Shown in pieces: positions 61,701 to 63,228 of a stretch of 64,000 bases of DNA. The position numbers were made by a program, and so were the translations under genes. The notes under the pieces are model-generated. The model did not search any database and had not been told where the DNA came from. It was given only the letters and a program-made list of their open reading frames with translations. Position 1 is the stretch's first letter; the number at the start of each line of letters is the position of its first letter. Origin of the DNA: Planctomycetota bacterium (GTDB taxonomy: Bacteria > Planctomycetota > MHYJ01 > JACPTZ01); the NCBI GenBank assembly GCA_016192525.1, contig JACPTZ010000132.1:4202-68201 (forward strand), in the 5' to 3' direction.

Positions 61701-63167
61701 GGTGTCACCGGCGATCGTGATCGTGTTCGCCCCGACCGTGAGTATCCCGTTCGTCACCGTCAGGTTCCCGCTCAACGAGAGGTTCTGCCCCAGGGTGATG
61801 ACCTTGCCGGCGGTCGCGGGGTTGATCAGGACGCTGTTCAACTGGTAGGACATGTCCGTGTTGTTGATGGACGACACGGTGTACTCGGACGTGGGAGGGG
61901 CGAAGGAGATCGTGCCTTGGGAAACTGCGGAACCGGCCGAGACGGAGATGGGGTTGACGGCGTCATCGCGCGTCAGCGTCGTCGTGAACGCGCCATCGTA
62001 CAGGCCGCCGTTCACGGCAAAGGCGCTCGTCACGGTGATGTCCCGCGCGAGCGTCGTGCCTTCCCCCGGACTGGCTACGTTGAGGTTCTGGAAGTTCGGG
62101 TTCGAGAAGCCGGAAATGAAAGCCTGTCCGGGCCACGAACCGGACATGGTCACCGTGTTGAGGTTGCCGCCGTTGCTCGCGAAATACGTGGCCGCCCCTG
62201 TCCTTCCACAAACGAAGTCATTCCCGATCGTGTGGGAGGTGTCGGGGTTGGCAGCCGCCTTCCCCGTCCCGCGAACGGTGGTGCCGGCCTCGATGATGAA
62301 GTCCTTCTTGCAGTTCAGGTTCAGGTTGAGCACGATGTCGACGCCCGCGGGCCATCGAACGCGAAGGGTGTGAAAGGCATCCTGGATCCCCGTGATGTCC
62401 TTGTCGTTGGCCGGGGGGGGGGGAGGGCCGTCGATGAAGAGTTCGACGTTGTTGATCGTGGCGCCGGCGGTGACGTTCAAGCCGTCGTCGTTGTAGGTCA
62501 GTTTGATCGTGCGCTCCACCGGGGGATTCTCGAGTTTGACGTCGAGAATGCCCGAGCCGATTCCCAGGATGTTCTTGCAGGTGATGTGCGAGGCCAGGCG
62601 GGTCGTAAAAGGCGGATTACCACCGGACGGGGCGAGATTCAGCGCGAAGAACTGATCGCCGATCCCCACTCCGGGGCCGGCCGCAAGGGGATCCGCGACG
62701 TCGATTCCCTTGATCTCGCCGGAACCCGAGAAGGTGACCGTGCCGCCGGTGGAGTTGAACGCGACACCGGAGTTGTTCGTCCAGTTACCCAGGACCGTGA
62801 TGGTGTTGCCTCCCTGGGTGAGACGGCCAGTGGCCTCGAGAAGAACGTTGCCCGGGGCGCTCGTGACATTCAGGTTCTTGTTCGTGACGCTGAGGGTGAT
62901 GGTGTTGCCGGCCGCCGTCCCGATCGTCAGACTGGCGACGGCATTTGTGTCGATGTTGACCGAGATTATCTTCGCCGCCGCCCCCGCGGTGTGATCGAGA
63001 ATCACATTGTCCCCAGCGGCGGGTACCCCGGGGGGACTCCAATTGCCCGCGGTGTTCCAGTTGCCGTTCCCGTTCACGTTCCACGTCTTGTCCGCGGCCT
63101 CCACGGGGCAGGCCGCGAGCCAGGCGCCGAAGATCGCGATGAGTAGATAGGGCCAACGGCTGGACAT
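37767..63167 (-). CDS. Giant secreted repetitive beta-solenoid-like protein, 8,466 aa (8 concatenated modules plus a C-terminal beta-propeller-like region)
   Basis: Uninterrupted 25.4-kb ORF with ATG at 63165-63167 and a GAGG SD 11 nt upstream. The N-terminus MSSRWPYLLIAIFGAWLAACPVEAADKTW is a signal peptide with both a lipobox-like LAAC and an A-x-A-type site. The composition and ~100-aa repeat are the same as in the 4,826-aa paralog. It ends ...IIVGTKNGTIYYVDP. Confidence 0.88.
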   Translation of the reverse strand: MSSRWPYLLIAIFGAWLAACPVEAADKTWNVNGNGNWNTAGNWSPPGVPAAGDNVILDHTAGAAAKIISVNIDTNAVASLTIGTAAGNTITLSVTNKNLNVTSAPGNVLLEATGRLTQGGNTITVLGNWTNNSGVAFNSTGGTVTFSGSGEIKGIDVADPLAAGPGVGIGDQFFALNLAPSGGNPPFTTRLASHITCKNILGIGSGILDVKLENPPVERTIKLTYNDDGLNVTAGATINNVELFIDGPPPPPANDKDITGIQDAFHTLRVRWPAGVDIVLNLNLNCKKDFIIEAGTTVRGTGKAAANPDTSHTIGNDFVCGRTGAATYFASNGGNLNTVTMSGSWPGQAFISGFSNPNFQNLNVASPGEGTTLARDITVTSAFAVNGGLYDGAFTTTLTRDDAVNPISVSAGSAVSQGTISFAPPTSEYTVSSINNTDMSYQLNSVLINPATAGKVITLGQNLSLSGNLTVTNGILTVGANTITIAGDTSVAALKEMRISTGTVDANGLFTANTTGIVTFTGGAGKLYLSGDPAPNLGVFTRSTSEVIYDNAASDQTVYTANYWDLTANNGGRTASIGFNVTTTSVENSLTISGASVVDVTGTFSFDRTGKILTFGAAGTGRLILRGAVTSLGSALGFTAGNGTVQYTAATVLTVPAENYYNLEIGIAGGLANTVTVGSVTATNLMNGLAISGPATARVTGGFDATGRTVMFVPTATGTLQLDSTVTSLGTFTAGKGTVNYASAAAQTVAGVNYYNLSVTGGQTATVGFTINQTTLGNGDTTGNPTLTIGGASTVDVNAGFDLTGAGNRSVTFTGAGTLTLGGAAGKLAEGAGGSFTAFAGCTVIYNDAASGQNIAAVGYYNLTIDKSGGSESARTATASVPIIDTWSAGNIGIASGGTLTLTGTSILIAGGGIALTAGRTVTFGVAGTGRLDVTGGTVIGLGASASFEAGQGRVRYMGANQTLADVRYYDLEIDNNGQTAALSFSAFPIAPGASSNPEASLTIKSSITGSSTLDVDSAFDMAGRTLTFGGTGTGILKLGSAVTSLGTCTIGQSEVVYDNTGGDQTVVVPSGGSYYKLTIDNKPRTATAGGSFSVTNNLAVTESGALDSIFDVSGTSIPVGGNATVGGWVKIAAGMLDVAGTFNATGGKVTFTGAGTLELSGPVTSLGTFTYGVTSSTVIYNYTGANETVEAVAYGNLTLSSGTGRTLTAGGDFTVNRLLTVSSGTFLIQDTNDLTVIGDLVAGNTDPDLIVSPGATLEIKGGNNGSSITMADTTVIDIRGTFQSNTGSVYPTIRSDNPGTTRFGFEVGLQSDPGGLVTITGMTLDSVYTRNNRGLHLNPGAATTDIDIRNVTFKNPQTALLGTDEDAFLYLELGVNAVNLTFSTLTFEGLGPTYPPYSVRTDPAWAAGKVVTINLSPTGGTATENDRDGGADASASGSIKWVLSSTWTGGAGTTSWNTAGNWSAGIPTQDTDAIIPAVAFQPTLDVSLGECASLSIPTGTLTLNNSANTLKVYGDLSVAAAGALNMTAGTITFSGEGDQRGIDPGGTAPGDGRLANLVIDKPGGVAVLLANMTVAGNVTMTFGTFDVGSSTLRVDGALQTSGGTGTLKIGSGTVDANGTFNLNGGAVDFTGSGRLQLGADLPSGGLGTPFGAGTGTVSYDGTADQTIRTSGIAYNNLEIDKSSGTASTGTAADLVVNGLLWLKAGTLVAGKAMSLNGAFEMDAGTFTAGSHAHTIKGNFTHDGGTFDAGAGTFTFGGTSTQTVGGTAPTAFNILTIASGATARVNTSAAAVTVTAGGTLTINSTGALEIAADRRLIASGSVTGGGSLTFLAGTWSVEALTASSDFNLTGPLTFTGNATLRLDGTVTSLSSTPFAATTGTIVFGGSGGQTVPTSQFTYWNLTIDKTAGTAAGSATATLDVNGAFEVKNAGNFSAGNALDVEGALTMSSTGTFTLGTQNLNLAGSFDHSAGTFSVSSGLVTLDGAAQNFGGAAATSLASLTVAGTGTKTVNGAVTVGSGSALAVNSTLDVSGVTFTVDGSTAVSGTLNLQASGVFDANGSFTASGGFVNFPGAGTLRLAGTVTSLGTLDGGSGTVRYDGSFAQDVRAVTYNILEIAKGGGSTGTASGTFTVQRSLTVSSGVFAVGGNTVTVNTLSGSTTIADGATLTLPATGILDVTGAFTADSPAGAPTGAVAFTGAGTLRLRGSVASLGSFTSVSGSTVSYRSTSPGDQQILVPAPSNYANLTLNRAVGLESTPAGGLTISGNLTVTAGTLNLAALGISVAGNITVGADGTLKASGGTVHLDGTFDASAGAVDFSPAPGTATLELDGPVTGLGTFTAGSSLVVYQDTASAQTLRPATYYDLRVNASGQTVTASTAATIAVGGVCTVRAGTLLLPGSSTTEVTGAMEVTGGGELDLAGTATLRLGASLSIGTASTANGVLTSAVSSGTPTITRLAPATSFAFTVRNDGRVNLAGLNIEYLDGDGLRLLGDSSVSSVMGGIAFANVATIAVNYGYTSFLNVRISRSTSLSGAILATDTTIGATSTGSFPSSGTLRIDAEEMNYSSTTAGTFEGVTRGVNGTAADAHNSGAAVRLVTKYQFSDCSFTSVNPLAAPPQYNVASAGIDFTGGIELLSATGPGSGATYENDSENPGTVNPGEITWPVAILWTGANSTAWGTRQNWSTGAVPTANDNVRIDDKVNDPTLNITVASTSLTADLTIGGGTATVVSTAGFPAEGSLLIDSEAMRYTGTTATTFTGLVRGVNYTTAAAHTSGAQVWLGGCKSLQITNGRLTISAANTLEIYGDFTVESAGVLNMTAGTISLRGSANQTFDPGGTAAGDGRITNLTVDKTGGTATLSTDTTVSGALTLTAGTLNVGSVTLTVNGATTSPDGGAAALLRIGTGTFDANADINISTAAPTDFLTCVGTSTIRASSSVTRLGSFTASTGTFIYDGGANATILTAGTTYYNLTLGKAAGVTATVPDGGTLNVTNDLTLSTGNLDSDAVPATTNVTINLTRDFILGAGAGTYYTRNATVNIGRDFTHNGGTFDSVTSGGSSLFTFDPPSSATQVIGGAVNTSFNSVTIASDSDTTIASGLTIAVNGTLTNNGTLTFANASNHLLDVNGPFDGAVGSTVVFTAGGELRLGGSALLRSLTAGSGTITYDSGGAQSVEALTFYSLKIDKAGGTATANAGTLTVGVGGTLTVSNGMLDLATNAATLKVDGSALLSDNGGAPIAQVTVSDGVSAGVLDLNGACTIQAGALIVFGAFAGGRVDFGGAATFPADPTVWLTPGSGTIRFNRVDASFGISRNGATGYNHLAIETQNTPTNVTASAPAGLTLTVGGALAIVKGTFDVTTATVNVAGGVTNASKLNLGTGAGSGVVDLAAGSTFDGTGGTLMFASGGGALYLSGSVTDLGTLNATAGTVVYDSTADQTVDAVTQYYNLTIAKTGGTATLGSGSTAVAGALTVSDGGFDVGANTLTVTGATNLSDTTPPAGGTVSISTGVLDLNGSSTIAGSTNGNKNLVFTGIGRVDFGGATTFPADPTVWLTPGIGGTVRYDRTGADFTFSRNGTTGYRHLTFAITSTNTASAPAGALTIAGNLTITTGIMDLSAAGATISVAGNLAIADGHELKANTGETIDVTGSVNANATGKMTFTGAPVLKLRGAVTSLGTTASFTAGSGTVQYLGTVDQTMAAVDYQNLLIDNAGFTVTLNGTATADGTLTVTAGPPARTLALAGGSDLRVTGNVTVNASSTLTLTNACTLRVGNASTLQVDGTFAASGTSPNLPTVTSTNPGTDRYGFVLNGAVTVDGLNVGSTNASGMVIGATSTLTGNNLANVKFSYGVDPGGVWLNFQTTSAGPFNVTAVTFPGSDFAQYNVRTPSTYAASTVLMGQSPGARSGATYEDDFFNPPGTGGTQTPGSIEWIMLRTWTGGTVGFERNWTTAANWNPSDSYPLAGDDVVIPNLLYDPQLNVPAACRNLTISGGAPVEFQDGGTLDVKGNASVAGSIGMAAGMKLVFSGTGTQNFTPGGSEYLNVEVNKTTGLVVLTGSPGNLTVSNELTLTKGTLDVGAKTLTVGAGAGAGDMTIKGEGTLQIGTGTADGHGAFDASAGGAVTFTGTGRLELGGGVPLNGLGNFTAGTGTVSYDGAADQTIRTLNVVVPYDYNNLEIAKAAGTTGTTGASAALKVGGTLRIVTGNLTAGAAIDANGAFVMESNAGTLNLGSSSHTFAGNFAFDGGAITPVTSLVTFDGGAQAIGGTAPSAIPFYSLAIAPGSTTTLNHSASVASLGSLTVSGELTISTSYTFTANGAATIAGTLTLSGATPVFDAAGSFNATGATVTFGAAGTGTLRLGGAVTSLGAVFTAGNGTVVYRNQAAGSTILTSGIAYHHLEVDTSGMTANAQAAAVLDVNGGFALTSGTFVANNALDIEGALTLNGGTFTLGGQTLNLAGDFSHAAACTFTAPTGLVTLDGAAQGFGGTAASTSLASLTVAGTSVKTISAAVAIGASSSLTVNSTLDISGATVTVDGTSSTSIGGTLNLQAGGTLDADGAFTAAGGFINSPGAGTLRLAGAVTSLGTFSGGTGTVRYDGVSDQSVRDVSYNNLEIVKGASTGTATGTFSVGGTLTVTSGTFSTGANAVTVTGAATIEDNATLRITTGSLDVGGAFTADAPAGGPPTGAVIFSGAGTLTLRGSVSSLGSFTSASGCTVAYRSTAAGDQQVLVPAPSNYANLTLNRAAGLTSTTAGALTISGNLTVTAGTLDLAALGITAGGGLSVGASGTLKAAGGTVHVDGTFDATGGTVDFSPGAGNATLELDGPVTSMGGFTAGNSLVVYQDTGSAQTLRPATYKNLKVSASGQTVTASTAATIAATGTCEVSTGTLSLPGGSVLEITGAAGVTGNGTLALSGTAILRLGLSLSIGTATANGVLTSAISGGTPTITRLAPAASYAFTVQNGGRAALDGLNLEYVNGDGLRLLGNASASCDVDRVAFSNVSTTPVTYGYACCLKVEREINPATFQFSECSFAATTPFNVATPAGFLTSVEMLSASGAGAGASYENDNEGGSVTPGRITWPVYIIWKSPNPGGTTAWDTGSNWSGGAVPTNANNVRIPLGDGGRNPTLNATPRDCKSLLITTGTLNITAANTLNVYGDITVLSTGALNMTAGTIALLGDANQTLDPGGTTVGDGRIANLTVNKTGGMAILATDTTVAGAFTLTEGTLDIGTATLTVNGATTSSVGGTVATLKVGTGTFDANGDINISAAAPTDYLTCTGASTIRASSTVTALGSFSPGSSNFIYDGVGAQTIRGALGSYWDLTIAGSSPGTVEGGVTLTVSNDLTVSSGTLDGNDASDPAISIGRDLVLSGGTYLARDAFVTILRNFTHNGGTFTAGGGGPGASQFIFDGTTQGIGGTSTSTTFVDLTIPLGSDTTIASNRTVTVSGTLTNDGTITFSAATADYVLDVNGTYAVAAGSVYFAPTADGTLRLGGPVSLGSLTAGSGTVVYDSGGAQSVEPLTFYNLRIDKAGGTATADAGTIAVGGTLTVSNGTLDLATNAATLRVTGATTMTDNALAPIAQITVSDGVSGGLLDLDGSCTIQAGALIVFGAFAGGRVDFGGAATFPADPTVWLTPGSGTVRFNRADASFGISRNGATGYNHLTIETQSIPTNVTASAPAGLTLTIGGSLAIVKGTFDVTTATVNVAGSVTNASKLNLGTGAGSGVVDLAAGSTFDGTGGTVTFAPGGGTLYLSGPVTDLGTLNATAGTVQYDWDANQTVDTVTQYYNLTIAKGLNSTALLGGTTSVAGALTVSDGGLDVGSNTLTVTGATSLSDTTPPAGGTVSISTGVLDLNGSCTISDSTNANKNIVFTGTGRVDFGGAVAFVPGATVWLTPGTGGTVRYDRTGADFTFSRNGATGYRHLTFAITSTNTASAPAGALTIAANLTVTTGIVDLGANNATIGGNLSVADGQEVKAATGSTIDVTGSANANATGKMTFTGTPVLKLRGAVTSLGTTASFTAGSGTVQYLGTLDQTMAAVDYQNVLIDNAGYTVTLNGTATADGTLTVAAGPPARTLALAGGSDLRVTGNVTVNASSTLTLTNACTLRVGAGSTLQVDGTFSASGTSPNFPTVTSTNPGTDRYGLTLNGTVTVDGLNVGSTNASGMAIGGTATLTSYNMSNVKFSYGVDPGGVWLNLQTTQPSGANPLNITGCEFPGANPATYNVRTPNAAPYTTDSTVLMGNSSGGRSGQTYEDDRVGGTITPGSIEWIVTRTWAGGNNVGGDANANGILDQFDWIIPANWTPGDNFPQAAEDAIIPNQFYDPRLGASVSCRNLIVNVFAPVEFLWGGVLNVNGHLTNSGSFTAAATTLSAPMGTGDSVANVVSTGAFADSGTLRIDSEDMTYTAKTGNSFTGLTRGAPASHTNGAAVILDAKLAFTGTGAQNFTPGPGPGPGGYLNIELDKTSGSVALTGAPGSVTVSNNLTIKQGTLDINSRACTVGGILNFPGPGVTRAITLTSGTLTCNGTLNGTGGTITNTGGGAGALVIGGSVSSLGTYAPGANGICSYSNQTSNSSIFPFAGYNRLQVNVNVKIATLGGDATAGGLVQVFSGTMDLGTSTLTANNGLDVSAGATLRLQAGAALPTPTLAVASGKTVTVLGTFLSRQSATPIKPSVTGAGPFAFVVDPPGTIDVDGLDFGFANANGLYARTGATIAQLNNVSFHDTFSPGGTGVRLDDGVSGNLNFAFCDFAALAAGDYNIFTSNPPFAGTVTMSFPSGLGGTVAYERDGETSPATGAATGDIRWPTARTWTGANGTTAWNDPLNWSPSDNYPQPADDLLIAAGANPDPTLNIATGDGRNLWMTGRTLTLPAGATLQLTGSLLKSGGTIGADPTSVLRLYGTAGQTLNAGGSTLGALEIDKTSGAVAIPFPGTTAVGGDLRLKQGTLPILNATVTVGGVFSKAGAAGGTRTLTVENSVFTVGGSFDATDITLTVVTGGSTTININGPPVSLGTFTPGQSLVVYGAPSSDQNLLTAAGWNYYRLKIACGATYKVTMSATDSVTGGTWPATPSLEVTSGTLSLDPSGADFTLSVTEGLKVSAGATLRLQGEDSPARRPTLAIGSGRGAQIDGKIVTLLFPNPPAPKPKITRSGGGRYSFTVSAGGEVEIEGLEMEWADVNGLNIASPNSVTVISDIEFANGDPSPYGTYMRFGATGPARKPTISACKFSGGAELVGPPPGVPNTTTPVFNITTASGFFSVLLARLYVSYPTGNMVPGGDGEVNENDEEFSPTGLTGTGTVAAASIVWLPFRAWTGDDSTDWFDPDNWTPRGTTVEIVDAADNVDGTIEVNSLRGFPDPAKPGNPAPPYSVQITTGGVPDTITYTGVATGPLRLTGVAGVDDSHPVASSVLSVPGYLVDIDDIPGEDIAVAYPASTRLPAIGPSATAECRSMLVRDSTPNATLTLNATCTLRIGGTLRTLETGGAAGILDPAGTALIRFIGDATSTFTAPNGDDLPSLMLDLSDTTQTVTPIGDPGITGNLTVNGGILERGSGMTTVSGIVSYGAVGTRIIRIRDGTLSVGGAWNGANGTLEFTGVGTLEFAGTCTVTSPLAATSFVPGSGTVLYSQTADCVVGTATYGKLDIGVSAGVVATLAGDSTVDAPGLLRVLSGTLDLGTAILTLKDSLTVSAGATLRMRDLTDDAASRPVLAIWNTKAVTVNGTIQTSTVDPGDWFDWPTVQGAIPNTDRFGFSVASTGTVNINGLNFNSPNATGMFLDQCGTFTSLARVRFLNAPAGGAHLRVTKSAALSLFCSRCYFDDSFLAGGKNVIVSDPALGSDLRLTFEDDAADTANGPGSGEANDSDDDADDDGISDGGGGVVYWVPRGNDEVLGENQLFPSGAFDLDSGDFLGTYAVQRIAGDDIIYLLDIDGEVIGQVTVSDATYGALAGLVWWDTLYFGDGVASTFTEETVDSADLAGGAADPDGTEGDIEVTSTAGFDPSGGAAFVGDVLVYYSGLDTAPERLTGVTNISGSQASSSPVGSAKTRNVAFIGTEGGWLLMLEYVPATLTLTLAKAWDLTGYPVTKISTAIIGLIEGNSCGYHMMFGGEVPDGGDAGTDPDRNMFALCLRLIDVPDGAIVNPDFVWGGGATYQTQRSDPAASGPYLNAGASFSSLGAAPAVDSAGIRTSWLVQMGASNAAIDCARGELSSAGFNFTAGWGSSGGADDKIIDAPIAYRGTDGRVYAGTYDKLDASLVGQFVGLDARISTSTDTDEAVSSADQSVGGDGTIEVADTAGWPSSGQLSIGGEVITYTGIASSPTPRFTGIGTITGSYAVDAVVSRPYAAVSGFPVSLIDGVTTLGGVKRLPDIWGDSYGPYVGTYNGYLVRISAAGGAIGPGQALALGGTNASSAPLVINLGPGLRAYIGNDAGTLYVVDVAPDPPAAMTIVKRYQLGSSPLTDISAQDDWDGLGPMIAQIIVGTKNGTIYYVDP
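44394..51389 (-). repeat. Bi-module super-repeat, copy A (modules 4+5 of the 8,466-aa protein)
   Basis: Delimited by the junction Trp codons at 51387-51389 and 44391-44393. It is collinear with 51390-58826. Antisense track ORFs recur at offsets of ~6,990-7,450 nt (e.g. 45154 vs 52147, 45985 vs 52984, 48190 vs 55636). Confidence 0.75.
44630..46650 (-). repeat. High-identity core of the intragenic duplication (copy A)
   Basis: I aligned 44641-45300 against 51631-52290 by hand (offset 6,990) and roughly nine positions in ten are identical. Similarity drops on both sides of ~44630 and ~46650. Confidence 0.8.
51620..53650 (-). repeat. High-identity core of the intragenic duplication (copy B)
   Basis: Partner of 44630-46650; see the manual alignment described there. 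Confidence 0.8.
52964..52974 (-). repeat. 11-nt homopolymer (C11 on plus strand, G11 on coding strand) inside the 8,466-aa ORF
   Basis: Counted directly: gcg + ccccccc | cccc + gacgcg. It encodes S-GGG-A within FASGGGALYLSG. The duplicated copy at ~45970 has the run broken up (ccctcccccc). Confidence 0.9.
62413..62423 (-). repeat. 11-nt homopolymer (G11 on plus strand, C11 on coding strand) near the 5' end of the 8,466-aa ORF
   Basis: Counted directly: ccgggggggg|gggaggg. It encodes PPPPP (aa 248-252, FIDGPPPPPANDKD). The paralog has FFVDGPAGAGSK here, with no tract. Confidence 0.9.
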
Positions 63168-63212
63168 GTTCGCGGTCGCCTCAACGGATAGTGCAACTTG
63201 GACTTATGGAGA

Positions 63213-63228
63213 GGCAAAAGGCATACCG
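63213..63228 (-). promoter_or_regulatory. Candidate sigma-54 (-24/-12) promoter upstream of the 8,466-aa gene
   Basis: The minus strand reads CGGTATGCCTTTTGCC: GG and TTGC at canonical spacing, and G at consensus position 7. The -24 box is weak (CGGTAT vs TGGCAC). It lies 44 nt upstream of the ATG, implying a ~33-nt leader that contains the GAGG SD. Confidence 0.35.

Noticed and set aside
37506-63146. Long plus-strand ORFs antisense to giant1 (e.g. 37506-40124, 42723-44507, 45447-48398, 50499-53942, 61005-63146), plus many shorter alternative-frame ORFs.
   Set aside because: The reasoning is the same as for giant2. Their recurrence at ~7-kb offsets merely mirrors the sense-strand duplication.
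13175-63167. The idea that the whole 50-kb locus is a prophage or integrative element, because the GFPxSG...YTG motif resembles motifs in phage tail-fibre-like proteins.
   Set aside because: I found no integrase, transposase, terminase, capsid or tail genes, no tRNA and no att-like flanking repeats. The GC content appears similar to the flanking housekeeping genes.
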